From a virus (Duplodnaviria; Caudoviricetes): a DNA stretch of 54,268 bases. The DNA lies in IMG/VR virus record IMGVR_UViG_3300032884_000021, positions 1 to 54,268 of that record; one strand, 5' to 3'. Positions 9,241 through 17,621 of this stretch are shown piece after piece. The translations under genes and the position numbers were made by a program. How positions within the stretch are numbered: the first letter of the stretch is position 1; each line of letters begins with the position of its first letter. The notes beneath the pieces were generated by a model, which did not search any database, was not told where the DNA came from, and saw only the letters and a list, made by a program, of their open reading frames with translations.

Positions 9241-9437
9241 TTATTTTCCCCTTGCGGATCTTGAGATTCGAGAGCCTTAACTCGTTCGAATTCCTGCCGA
9301 ATAAGCCTTCTGATGATGGTGGAATGGCCGACGCCGTCGCCGGTGCGGGAGTTCTCTTCCAGCTCGAGTCGGAGAATGAAAAGGTACAAATCCTCCGGCA
9401 ACCAGGTTGTGCAGTGGTAGAGCTTCTTCTCGCTCAA
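9237..9437 (-). CDS. Small DNA-binding protein (ribbon-helix-helix-like)
   Basis: TTWLPEDLY...STIIRRLI pattern; coupled to both neighbours. Confidence 0.5.
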   Translation of the reverse strand: MSEKKLYHCTTWLPEDLYLFILRLELEENSRTGDGVGHSTIIRRLIRQEFERVKALESQDPQGENK

Positions 9438-9643
9438 GCTAATTTCCTGTTTTCGGGGTAGAGCAGGATCATTTTAGGTATACCAATTTCAGTTTCAATC
9501 TTTTCAGCCAAATCAATCGAAATGCGCCGTCTGCCGTGTTTTATGTCACTCAAAAAAGAAGGCGATATTTCAAGCCTGGCGGCCAATTCAGTCTGATTTG
9601 GTTTCACACCATCAAGGAATTCTCTAAACGATCTGTACATCAT
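9434..9643 (-). CDS. Cro-like XRE HTH regulator
   Basis: QTELAARLEISPSFLSDIKHGRR; first gene of the lytic-direction operon, divergent from a second HTH gene. Confidence 0.88.
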   Translation of the reverse strand: MMYRSFREFLDGVKPNQTELAARLEISPSFLSDIKHGRRRISIDLAEKIETEIGIPKMILLYPENRKLA

Positions 9644-9651
9644 AATTATTC

Positions 9652-9681
9652 ATTATACGCGCATCGCGAACCGTTTGTCAA
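9652..9681 (-). promoter_or_regulatory. Sigma70-type early promoter
   Basis: TTGACA (9681-9676), 18-bp spacer, TATAAT (9657-9652). Confidence 0.8.
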
Positions 9682-9703
9682 CCTTTTTTACGCAATGCGC
9701 GAA
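9656..9703. promoter_or_regulatory. Two operator-like pseudo-palindromes TACGC-N5-GCGAA
   Basis: Copies at 9656-9670 and 9689-9703 between the divergent HTH genes. Confidence 0.65.
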
Positions 9704-9718
9704 AATATTTAATTTAAT

Positions 9719-10015
9719 ATGTTTATCGTGGGAAAAAAGACAATAAGGGAAGCGATTCTCGAGGTTTATAACCGGCTGAATTCCGATGGTGTGATTGACC
9801 AAACCACTCTCGCCAAAATGATAGGCAAGTCTGATGGTGCTGTATCGGATTATTTAAACGGGAGAAGGCGCATGCATGAGGACACCATCCTCCGCCTTTG
9901 CCGGGCGCTAGGCGTCCGCTGGCAGGATCTGGACGTATCCATCGACCTACCGCAGGACCCCACCGCGATAGCACGCCTCACCTACAGTACCGTTATTGCA
10001 GGAAAGAGAAAATAG
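9719..10015 (+). CDS. CI-like XRE HTH repressor (short, no S24 peptidase domain)
   Basis: QTTLAKMIGKSDGAVSDYLNGRR...LCRALGV; divergent from the Cro-like gene. Confidence 0.82.
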   Translation: MFIVGKKTIREAILEVYNRLNSDGVIDQTTLAKMIGKSDGAVSDYLNGRRRMHEDTILRLCRALGVRWQDLDVSIDLPQDPTAIARLTYSTVIAGKRK

Positions 10016-10506
10016 AATGTCAGAAGTACCAATTCTTTCGCCTACGGGATGAAATCATTTGGGATGCCATAAGCAAAGGAAAGAAATCATCCATTTCGCC
10101 AACTTACGAAAGGGTTAATTGGGCCATTAAAAACTTTAAGGGGTTAGGCCTGAACTTCTTTTCCGATCTACTAGGTCATACTTTATGGGAAGTTTTTGAA
10201 GAAGCCAAAAGGCATGGGTTCAAAGACAAGGATTCCATCAGAAAAGCACTTGAAAAAAAACTCCCCGATGAGTTTTACTTCCAATATCTTAGAATAGTTC
10301 TTCTAACCGCCCAAAAAAATAGCATTCCGTTACGACTTGCGATGACCGATCCCGGAACTAAATTTTTCGCTATCTGGCATGTTATTAAGTTTTATTTCAA
10401 AGCCAAGGGCACCATGAAAACCAGCACAATCAATGATTTTTCCGTGTCCCAGGTTCAAGCGATTGAATGCTATTCACTGCTTAATCTTGCCGCTTCCAGA
10501 CCGTAG
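9898..10506 (+). CDS. Hypothetical ORF with no good start, possibly a frameshifted extension of the repressor
   Basis: About 200 open codons, mostly AT-rich; in the -1 frame relative to the repressor. Confidence 0.4.
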   Translation: MPGARRPLAGSGRIHRPTAGPHRDSTPHLQYRYCRKEKIECQKYQFFRLRDEIIWDAISKGKKSSISPTYERVNWAIKNFKGLGLNFFSDLLGHTLWEVFEEAKRHGFKDKDSIRKALEKKLPDEFYFQYLRIVLLTAQKNSIPLRLAMTDPGTKFFAIWHVIKFYFKAKGTMKTSTINDFSVSQVQAIECYSLLNLAASRP

Positions 10507-10663
10507 CCGATCCCAAACACAAAACACGCCGAATCAAGGCGGAGGATATCAATCTCCAGGGCGTGGTACTCCGGCTAATTCGCCGGGACTTGATTTGATG
10601 CCCATTGCCGCCGGGCTCCGTATCGGGTAGAATCCGAGGAGATTATAATTAAGGAAGGAAGCG

Positions 10664-10993
10664 ATGAAAATCGTAAGGCTGAACATTAATAACCTACAAT
10701 GGAAACTGCTGCGAGACGTCCCGTCCGGGAACTGGGTCGCCGTTTGTGACCAGCTCGGTATAACCATGGGCGGAGAGACCTTCACGGAACTTCAGGAATG
10801 CATTGGTGAGGGGCTAAACGCTCTGTTTCTCGATCTACTCCGCGATAACCAGATGGATGAGTTCTTTAGGGAAAGAGGATGGTCCTTGGTTCCGCTTAAA
10901 CCGGATGACGCGGAAGGACAGGATATTAAATTCGACGTTCCATGGTTCCTAACGCAAGCGACTGAAAATGATTCCGCGAACAGCTTTCATTAA
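10664..10993 (+). CDS. hicB: HicB-like antitoxin
   Basis: WVAVCDQLGITMGGETFTELQECIGEGL pattern; AAGGAAGG RBS; TATAAT at 10644. Confidence 0.65.
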   Translation: MKIVRLNINNLQWKLLRDVPSGNWVAVCDQLGITMGGETFTELQECIGEGLNALFLDLLRDNQMDEFFRERGWSLVPLKPDDAEGQDIKFDVPWFLTQATENDSANSFH

Positions 10994-11189
10994 TAAGCTG
11001 AAGGAGCTGGGATACGTTTTCAAAGCGGAAACCGTCCGCGTCCAGATTTGGAAGAAAACGGGAGGAACCCACCGCGTGGAATTCCACAAAAAAGACTATT
11101 ACGATCAAACCTTTGTGTCCAATGTCCTCCGCCAATGCGGAGTCGATAAGCCCGCCATTGACGCCTTCCTGAAATCGTTCATCCAATGA
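10968..11189 (+). CDS. hicA: HicA-like toxin (divergent)
   Basis: FINKLKELGYVF...VSNVLRQCGV size and pattern; overlaps hicB; canonical GSH motif absent. Confidence 0.55.
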   Translation: MIPRTAFINKLKELGYVFKAETVRVQIWKKTGGTHRVEFHKKDYYDQTFVSNVLRQCGVDKPAIDAFLKSFIQ

Positions 11190-11192
11190 CAT

Positions 11193-11229
11193 AAAAAAGC
11201 CCGGATCGCTCCGGGCCTTTCTTTTTTTT
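11193..11229. terminator. Bidirectional intrinsic terminator
   Basis: A6-GCCCGGA-TCGC-TCCGGGC then T-rich tail, between convergent genes. Confidence 0.85.
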
Positions 11230-11256
11230 CGGTGTGGTTCGTCGACCGGCGGCTGC

Positions 11257-11442
11257 TCAGCTCGCCCGCCGCTCCGCCCCGTCATACGGCTTGTGGCCGA
11301 CACGGATCGGATCGACGCCGACTACCACCCAGCCGGATCGCCGCTTGAACTTGCTCACCTGGTTCTGCGCCAGCATCCGGCCAAGCATCGTGGTCTTGAC
11401 CACGTCAAACTTGGCGTTCGGATATTGGATTTGAATTGTCAT
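11257..11442 (-). CDS. GSU3473-family-like small protein
   Basis: IQIQY...FDVVK...L...KFKRRSGWVVVGVDPIR...YDGAERR resembles the Geobacter GSU3473 family (from recall); GAGGGA RBS. Confidence 0.65.
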   Translation of the reverse strand: MTIQIQYPNAKFDVVKTTMLGRMLAQNQVSKFKRRSGWVVVGVDPIRVGHKPYDGAERRAS

Positions 11443-11483
11443 TGTTCCCTCGCCTTTTCTTTTGCTTTCCATTATGAATCGTT

Positions 11484-11512
11484 ATTTTATTAGGTTTTGG
11501 CTGGATTGTCAA
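11484..11512 (-). promoter_or_regulatory. Sigma70-type promoter for the GSU3473-like gene
   Basis: TTGACA-17 bp-TAAAAT. Confidence 0.75.
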
Positions 11513-11707
11513 GAAGGGAAGCGGCGGAGGGGCGAATCTCCGCCGCCCGGAGGGGCGCGGGGGAAAGGTTAAGCCCGCGCCAGGTGAAAATGGGAACGGT
11601 TAAAGGAGGTTTAAAGTGGTTCGAATGGACTGCATATTGTCCACCGAATACCCATGAGATTATTACACTTGCGCCATTTTATGCTTGCAGGATGTCCGGA
11701 TAGTTGG

Positions 11708-11757
11708 ACACGCTTAAACACGCTTAAAACACGCTTAAACACGCTTAAACACGCTTA
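11708..11757. repeat. Tandem 10-bp repeat ACACGCTTAA x5
   Basis: Copies start at 11708, 11718, 11729, 11739, 11749 (last is 9 bp). Confidence 0.95.
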
Positions 11758-11881
11758 TTGCTAATATTGCGATATTTGTTTGATCGGTAGCAATAAAAAG
11801 TTGCAAAAAAGTCCATAAGTCCTTTGTTTTCAACGAAACTTTGCTTGCAAATTAGCCATTATTAGCAATAAATTAGCAATA
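11756..11881. repeat. ATTAGCAATA motif family in AT-rich non-coding DNA
   Basis: Inverted copy 11756-11765, partial 11788-11795, tandem 11851 (degenerate), 11861, 11872. Confidence 0.8.
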
Positions 11882-11916
11882 TAAGATCAATAATATCATA
11901 ACTAGATGATATCCTC

Positions 11917-12225
11917 CTACGTAAATTTACTCTTTGAGACGGTGAACGTCCCCTCCACCGCCGCCTGCCCGGTGCCGGTCGAATACCATTTGTAATACCA
12001 AGTCCCAACGGTGTCCGCGCTCAGGTCCACGTAATAGGCCCCGGTCGCCGTCTTAACCACAGTCCCAGCGCCATAGAGCGTCGTAGTATCCACCCCGCCC
12101 GGCTTGCGGTAGGTAAAGCCCACCACCGTCGGATCGACAGCCACCCCGGCGGCGCTCGCAAACCCGGCTGCCATGTGGATCAATGCGCCCTTATAAAATG
12201 CCTCTGATATGGTTGCTGTACTCAT
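11917..12225 (-). CDS. Small Ig-like/BppU-N-like virion protein
   Basis: All-beta pattern DPT...KPGG...TGAYYVD...GTWYYKW...EGTFTV. Confidence 0.55.
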   Translation of the reverse strand: MSTATISEAFYKGALIHMAAGFASAAGVAVDPTVVGFTYRKPGGVDTTTLYGAGTVVKTATGAYYVDLSADTVGTWYYKWYSTGTGQAAVEGTFTVSKSKFT

Positions 12226-12257
12226 TATTTATCCTCTGCATCCTTATTATATGCCGG

Positions 12258-12443
12258 TTATATGCCGGTATTGTCGGTTGCGGTGACGATTATGGAGTAG
12301 GACTCGGAGCCGGAGGCTGTGATGACGTAGGCCTCGGCCCCGGTCCCCGTGATATGGCAATGGATGTGTTGGTACACCCGCGCCAGGTACGAGCGGATTG
12401 CGCCAGGAAAGCCCAGCGCTGATAAAAACGATCTCAATGCCAT
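12258..12443 (-). CDS. Hypothetical protein
   Basis: Operon position, GGGGG RBS-like sequence. Confidence 0.5.
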   Translation of the reverse strand: MALRSFLSALGFPGAIRSYLARVYQHIHCHITGTGAEAYVITASGSESYSIIVTATDNTGI

Positions 12444-12451
12444 GATACCCC

Positions 12452-15163
12452 CTAGAAAATAAAGAACGCGTCAGAATGGCTTGGAGCGAGCGGTAAAGCT
12501 ACAACGGTAAAATGGCCTTTCCCGCCCGCCAGCGCATAGTCGGTTATCTCGGTAGCAATGCCGGACAGCGCCCCGCTGGTAAATTTTAGGTAATTCCCAT
12601 TGTAAGAATCCGCCACGGCTGCGGTGATATCCGACTCAAATGCCGTAACCGTCGCCGAGAAAGCCGCCGTATCCACCGTGCCGCGCACCGCCGACGCCGC
12701 AATGGCTGCCAGATCGGTCGCCGCCTCCACGCTGGCCGCGATGCTCCCCACGTCCGCCGATACCCGCCCGGATACCAGCGCCGCTGGTAGCCGTGATTGA
12801 ATGTTGATAACGTTGGTTGCTATCCCATCAGCCACGGTGTCCACCGTTGCGAGGTTGGTAGCCGTGGCCAGGCCGCTTTGAATTGCTGTGATTGCCGTGG
12901 CATTTGGTGCTGCCACCAGATCCATCTGGCTCCCGACCGCTGCCGGGCTTGCCGGTATCAGGTCCGTCTTGAGTTTGATGGCGTCAACTATCCCGTCAAC
13001 CGTGCCAAGGTTGGTCGCCGTCGCCAGAGCGGCGTCGGTTATCGCCGTATCGCAGGCGGCGTTGACATCAGCATCAGTCGGCAACCCGGCTATCTGGGTG
13101 TCAAGGTTTGCGCTTGCCATGCCGACAGCCGTCCGGACCCCCGCCGCGTCGAGCTGGCTTGCAGTTTTTGCGAGGTCATAGGCGGAGGTTAAAGCATAAC
13201 CGGTTTTGCTGGCGGCCACCACGACAACTCCATCCGTGCCGGTATCAGCAAGGATCGCGGCGGTATCACCCTTGACTGCCGGTAGGTCGGTCCCGTGGAT
13301 ATCATCCACGATCCCGTCAACGGTCGCCAGGTTGGTCAGCACCGTCCCGACATCGGTATGGATGTCGGCAAGCCCACCCGCCGCGTCATCAAGCAGATCA
13401 ATCGCGGCCTTTTCCGTTGTCCCGTAGTCAGCGGTAATGTGCCCGTCAATGGTTCCCACATGGACATGGACAGCCGCGATATCCGCGATTGCCGTCCCCA
13501 CGTCGGTATGCAGGTCAGAGAGGTCCGCATTAACTAGGTCGGTCAATTTCTTTCCGGCTGTCCCGCCGGTGCTATGCCCGCTCAATGCCTCGTCCCAGAT
13601 TGCATCCGCCAGCACAGACGGATCGACGCCACCGCTGGACGCCGTGGCCAGCGCCAGGCCCGATGTCCCGGCTCCGGTGTGTCCGCTCAATGCCTCGTCC
13701 CAAACCGCATCGGCCACCGTCGCAGCGCTTGGAGCAGTCGCCCCGGTGAGTGCCGCGCCTGCCGATCCGCCGGTCGCGTGTCCGGATAGCGCCTCATCCC
13801 AGACGGCATCAGCGACCGCCGCAGCCGTCGGAGCAGAAGCCGCGTCAAGGATAAGATCTAGCCTCCCGCCATTGGCCCAGTCGGTTTGTAGTTCGTTCGT
13901 ATCGGCCAGGATTGCGGCCACCTCGGTATCAAGGTATCCGGAAATCGTTGACAATGTCCCCGGTAGAGTCGTGCCGGTATCCTCCAGGATCAGCGCAAGC
14001 GACGATCCCGCCGCCTCAATAGTCGTCTTAATAGTTGCCGCTGATGGAGGAGCCCCATATCCATCAATAGCGACAATCCGCTCGTTAATGCTGTCGGCTG
14101 TCGGGCTGCCCGGTATCGCGGTATTGAGAGCGGCGTCAACCTCGGCATTGATCGCCGCAAGTGCCGTAGAATTGAACGAAACCGAGCCGTCAGATTTAGG
14201 AACTTTGGCAAGATTGGTGCCAAGCGTATCCACCTTAGTATTGACACCAGCCGTGTCATCATGGATATGCTCTAACTGATCCAAGTACCCCGCCCTTGTT
14301 GCCGTTAATCGTGTGACTAATGTATCGACTTCCCCATCAATATGCGCGTTGCCTATCGTAGCACTGTTGACAATTGCGTAAGAATCGCCGGTCTGCACCG
14401 TGCCGAGGTCGGCAACCTTAACGAGCGTTGCACCCGGATCATGGCCCGCCAATGTGTTAATGGCTGTGACGTTCAAAGCGCCCAGGTCTTTAGCTGTCTG
14501 CGCTGTGCCGTTTATTTTGGTCACATTGACAGCCTGGTCGGCGGCGAGGGTGACAGCGTTGGTAAGATTGGTGACGGTTGTAATCACGCCCGCCGTGATA
14601 TTGGTTGGCGTAGCAAGCCCGGCCTGAATTTTGGTGACCGCATCAGCCTTGACGCCCGTTGCATTGATAGCATCAGCAGCTATGCTTGTAGCAGTAATTC
14701 CGTTTGCGGCCACGCTCCCGACTGCACCAGTAACCGAGCCCACTGCACCCGATACCGCCCCGGTGATGTTCCCGGTGATATTAGCAGTCAAAGCCGTGGT
14801 GATGCTGGTAGCCGCGTTGGTCCCGGCAATAAACATCCCGCCCGCCGCGCCTGCCACCGCCGCAGGAACCGCCCCCGCCGTTGTGAATCCTATAATCGGT
14901 TCAATCCTTACATTTGCCGTGCTAGACTTGGCGTAAAGCGCAAAACTGTCGCAGTTCGTTTCCGCTGCCGTCAAATCAAAAGCGTATATTCCCGGCATAT
15001 TCGTGGCGTCCACCTGCGCAGGATTTGTATCGTCGATTGCGTTGGCCGTCCCATCCAAGGACACATACCCCGTTATTTGCGCTTGGTCATTTGCCACCGC
15101 CGCCCCGGTCGTGGAGTTGTAAGCGTAAATGTGGATTTTTTGAACTGCATTTTTAAATAGCAT
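12452..15163 (-). CDS. Large Ala/Thr/Asp-rich repeat protein, putative fibre
   Basis: 903 aa; repeats ADA(V/I)WDEALSGH x3, D(L/I)HTDVGT x2, LATATNL x2; GGAG RBS. Confidence 0.7.
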   Translation of the reverse strand: MLFKNAVQKIHIYAYNSTTGAAVANDQAQITGYVSLDGTANAIDDTNPAQVDATNMPGIYAFDLTAAETNCDSFALYAKSSTANVRIEPIIGFTTAGAVPAAVAGAAGGMFIAGTNAATSITTALTANITGNITGAVSGAVGSVTGAVGSVAANGITATSIAADAINATGVKADAVTKIQAGLATPTNITAGVITTVTNLTNAVTLAADQAVNVTKINGTAQTAKDLGALNVTAINTLAGHDPGATLVKVADLGTVQTGDSYAIVNSATIGNAHIDGEVDTLVTRLTATRAGYLDQLEHIHDDTAGVNTKVDTLGTNLAKVPKSDGSVSFNSTALAAINAEVDAALNTAIPGSPTADSINERIVAIDGYGAPPSAATIKTTIEAAGSSLALILEDTGTTLPGTLSTISGYLDTEVAAILADTNELQTDWANGGRLDLILDAASAPTAAAVADAVWDEALSGHATGGSAGAALTGATAPSAATVADAVWDEALSGHTGAGTSGLALATASSGGVDPSVLADAIWDEALSGHSTGGTAGKKLTDLVNADLSDLHTDVGTAIADIAAVHVHVGTIDGHITADYGTTEKAAIDLLDDAAGGLADIHTDVGTVLTNLATVDGIVDDIHGTDLPAVKGDTAAILADTGTDGVVVVAASKTGYALTSAYDLAKTASQLDAAGVRTAVGMASANLDTQIAGLPTDADVNAACDTAITDAALATATNLGTVDGIVDAIKLKTDLIPASPAAVGSQMDLVAAPNATAITAIQSGLATATNLATVDTVADGIATNVINIQSRLPAALVSGRVSADVGSIAASVEAATDLAAIAASAVRGTVDTAAFSATVTAFESDITAAVADSYNGNYLKFTSGALSGIATEITDYALAGGKGHFTVVALPLAPSHSDAFFIF

Positions 15164-15171
15164 TTTTGCTC

Positions 15172-17373
15172 CTATATTCCTATTTGTCTTGCGCTAGGCA
15201 TGAATATTCCACCGCCGCCGCCTGCGTATGTTCCCGCCGCTCCGTTGACCGTATCGGTAGTAATCACGCTGCTTGCAGCCGGTAAATCCACCGTATCGAA
15301 AAAAGCAAAAGCATTTCCGCTGGCACGCTTGGCGCAGCATCTCAGCAATAACGGCATGTTGTGAGTGCGTGTGTAGGTTAAAACGTGCGTTTGCTCAGAT
15401 GTGGAGTCCGCTGCGATCCATTCGTCAAGTGCTGAATACGCACCGCAGAACGGATCTTGCATCGGATCGATTATCTGCCAGTGCAATCGCTCATCAGCGG
15501 CTAATCCGCTTGCTTCCAATTTTGCGTAAACCGGGATGTAAATCACTAAATCGGTTACACCGCCAAGCTCCCATTCCATCACGTTCCAAAATGCCGAATC
15601 ATTGTATGTAAATTTGTGAGTCCATGGCTTACTGTAGATCCGCTCCCCTTCCGTCGATGGTGCCATACTCCCGCCCGCTGACCATGCGCGGGTATCGTTT
15701 GCACCTGCTGCATACCGGAAACAACGGCCTTTCAGCAATTGGCCGCCCGTAATGCCAAAATGTAATACAGGCGTTGTATTACCAGTCAGCACCATACCGT
15801 AACCGGTAAATCCAGCGTAGTAGACGCCGTTGGTGCATCCGCTGACCGTGCCGCTTATTGTGTGCCCACTGCCGTAGTAGACGCCGTAGGTGCATCCGCT
15901 GACCGTGCCGCTTATTGTGTGCCCACTGCCGGAGTAGACGCCGTTGGAGCATCCGCTGACCGTGCCGCTTATTGTGTGCCCACTGCCGTAGTAGACGCCG
16001 GAGGTGCATCCGCTGACCGTGCCGCTTATCGTGTGCCCACTGCCGTAGTAGACGCCGGAGGTATATTTATTTGCGCTAGTGCTACTTGTATTGACTATCT
16101 CGCATCCATAATTACTCCCCGTATGCCCCGCATCGGTCGTCACATAGTCCACAATTGGCTGTGCCGTTGTTGTAGTCGCAGCCCTTATGGATATATTCCT
16201 GGATGACAGCCATATCCTAGCGCCGGGTAGTTTGGCCGCGATGACTTCCGCTCCCTCCATTTGCAAAACTATTTGAGTAGAGCTTACAGTGGTAATCGTG
16301 GCGTTTATTTGGCAATCCGCATCGGATGGTGCATAATCGTCAGATATCGCTACCCGATTATGACCCGTTGCATTAACCCAACAGGACGACGCACCGGATA
16401 TATCATCCAGAACGTTGAGCGTAGGCGTATTTGACGTGGCCGCGTATCCTGCATAAGCTTCTATCGTGCCAGTTCCATCGGTGGTTAAATCAATTACCAA
16501 ACCCCCGGAATAAGCAGCCAACTGAAAGGTATTGGTAGCCGTCCCAACAACATAATACGTGGTATTCGGTTGTAATGGTGCTGGTAACGTTCCGGCTGTC
16601 ACCATCAGATGCAATGGCGTTGCATTGGCCCAACCGTGGCTATTATTAGTTAAAGTATCATTTGCTGCCGACCCTGTCACCGTCTTTTTTGTGCCATACG
16701 TCCGAACCGACGTAAGAGAAGGAGCAGCACAGCGCAAATTAAAATCCAGTAACCGTGCATCTATTTTAGCTGTGCCTGCCAAATCAATAATTGCTTTTGA
16801 GGCAAACTCCAAAGCTGTAGTCGTAGCATACACGCCGTCTGAATTAGCGCATACCCGGCCCCGGTTGGTTACATTTGTCCCGAGCAGCGTTGTCCCGGTT
16901 TTGATCTTCAGGTTTCCAATGGGATGAACGTTGGTTGTCGATGTCCCATTCTGCGTAGTCAAATCCAAAGCAGATCCACCGCTTGACATTGCCAATTGAA
17001 AAGTGTTAGTAGTTCGTCCCACTACAAAGTATTTGGTGTTAATCGCAAGCGGACTCGGTAGCGTTCCGCTGGTTGTTACAAACAACGTCTGCCCGTCCGC
17101 TAATCCATGACCGTTTTTTGTAAGCGTTTCCGCCGTAGTATCCACCGTGCAACCGGTTAATGCGCTATCTTTCCAGTATAGCAATCCCGGCGTGGCTCCA
17201 CCTGTGACCGTAACCTGTGCGCAGCCGTCCGCCCACGCGGATTGATCCACGTCCATTTGTATTTCGTGGCCAGCAGCGATAACCACCACGCCGTTATTTA
17301 CGGGTATCCCTTGCGCGTCCCAAGTGGCGGCATCGCTCCATTTTCCACTTTGCGCTGTCGTATGTGTAGCCAT
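15172..17373 (-). CDS. Multi-domain virion/receptor-binding-like protein (G8-like N-terminus, two FCCH-like HGL...YFV...TFQLA repeats, beta-helix repeats)
   Basis: SGKWSDAATW...AAGHEI; duplicated ~60-aa module; 19-aa tandem repeats. Confidence 0.7.
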   Translation of the reverse strand: MATHTTAQSGKWSDAATWDAQGIPVNNGVVVIAAGHEIQMDVDQSAWADGCAQVTVTGGATPGLLYWKDSALTGCTVDTTAETLTKNGHGLADGQTLFVTTSGTLPSPLAINTKYFVVGRTTNTFQLAMSSGGSALDLTTQNGTSTTNVHPIGNLKIKTGTTLLGTNVTNRGRVCANSDGVYATTTALEFASKAIIDLAGTAKIDARLLDFNLRCAAPSLTSVRTYGTKKTVTGSAANDTLTNNSHGWANATPLHLMVTAGTLPAPLQPNTTYYVVGTATNTFQLAAYSGGLVIDLTTDGTGTIEAYAGYAATSNTPTLNVLDDISGASSCWVNATGHNRVAISDDYAPSDADCQINATITTVSSTQIVLQMEGAEVIAAKLPGARIWLSSRNISIRAATTTTAQPIVDYVTTDAGHTGSNYGCEIVNTSSTSANKYTSGVYYGSGHTISGTVSGCTSGVYYGSGHTISGTVSGCSNGVYSGSGHTISGTVSGCTYGVYYGSGHTISGTVSGCTNGVYYAGFTGYGMVLTGNTTPVLHFGITGGQLLKGRCFRYAAGANDTRAWSAGGSMAPSTEGERIYSKPWTHKFTYNDSAFWNVMEWELGGVTDLVIYIPVYAKLEASGLAADERLHWQIIDPMQDPFCGAYSALDEWIAADSTSEQTHVLTYTRTHNMPLLLRCCAKRASGNAFAFFDTVDLPAASSVITTDTVNGAAGTYAGGGGGIFMPSARQIGI
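15817..16062. repeat. 57-bp coding tandem repeat, about 4.3 copies
   Basis: Units start at 15817, 15874, 15931, 15988, partial 16045; encodes GVYYGSGHTISGTVSGCxx. Confidence 0.97.
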
Positions 17374-17609
17374 TACTGACCCCCTTGTTGGTCGAGTTCT
17401 TCACGCGCTTCCTGCTCCGCCAGCTCCGCCGCAATCATGGCTTGCACGTCAGCGAGTATCGCTGCCTCGTCATACTCTTCACGATAGAACGCCCCGCGTA
17501 CTTTTTCGCCGTCCCATATCCAAACCAGATGTTCGTTTGGCAAATGATCATGTTGCACCACGGCGGGCGGCGTTAAAGTCCCTGCTCTGTATTCTTCCCA
17601 TCGGTTCAT
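17373..17609 (-). CDS. Hypothetical acidic protein
   Basis: TAATG coupling to the next gene; GGGGGA RBS. Confidence 0.65.
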   Translation of the reverse strand: MNRWEEYRAGTLTPPAVVQHDHLPNEHLVWIWDGEKVRGAFYREEYDEAAILADVQAMIAAELAEQEAREELDQQGGQ

Positions 17610-17621
17610 AATGCGTTCCCC

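Noticed and set aside
11708-11757. CRISPR or mini-array
   Set aside because: 10-bp units with no spacers and no cas genes.
11760-11916. dif site for XerCD-mediated integration, or IHF sites
   Set aside because: No convincing match to the XerD arm TTATGTTAAAT; IHF-like matches have several mismatches.
15817-16062. CRISPR array
   Set aside because: The units are contiguous 57-bp in-frame coding repeats with no unique spacers.
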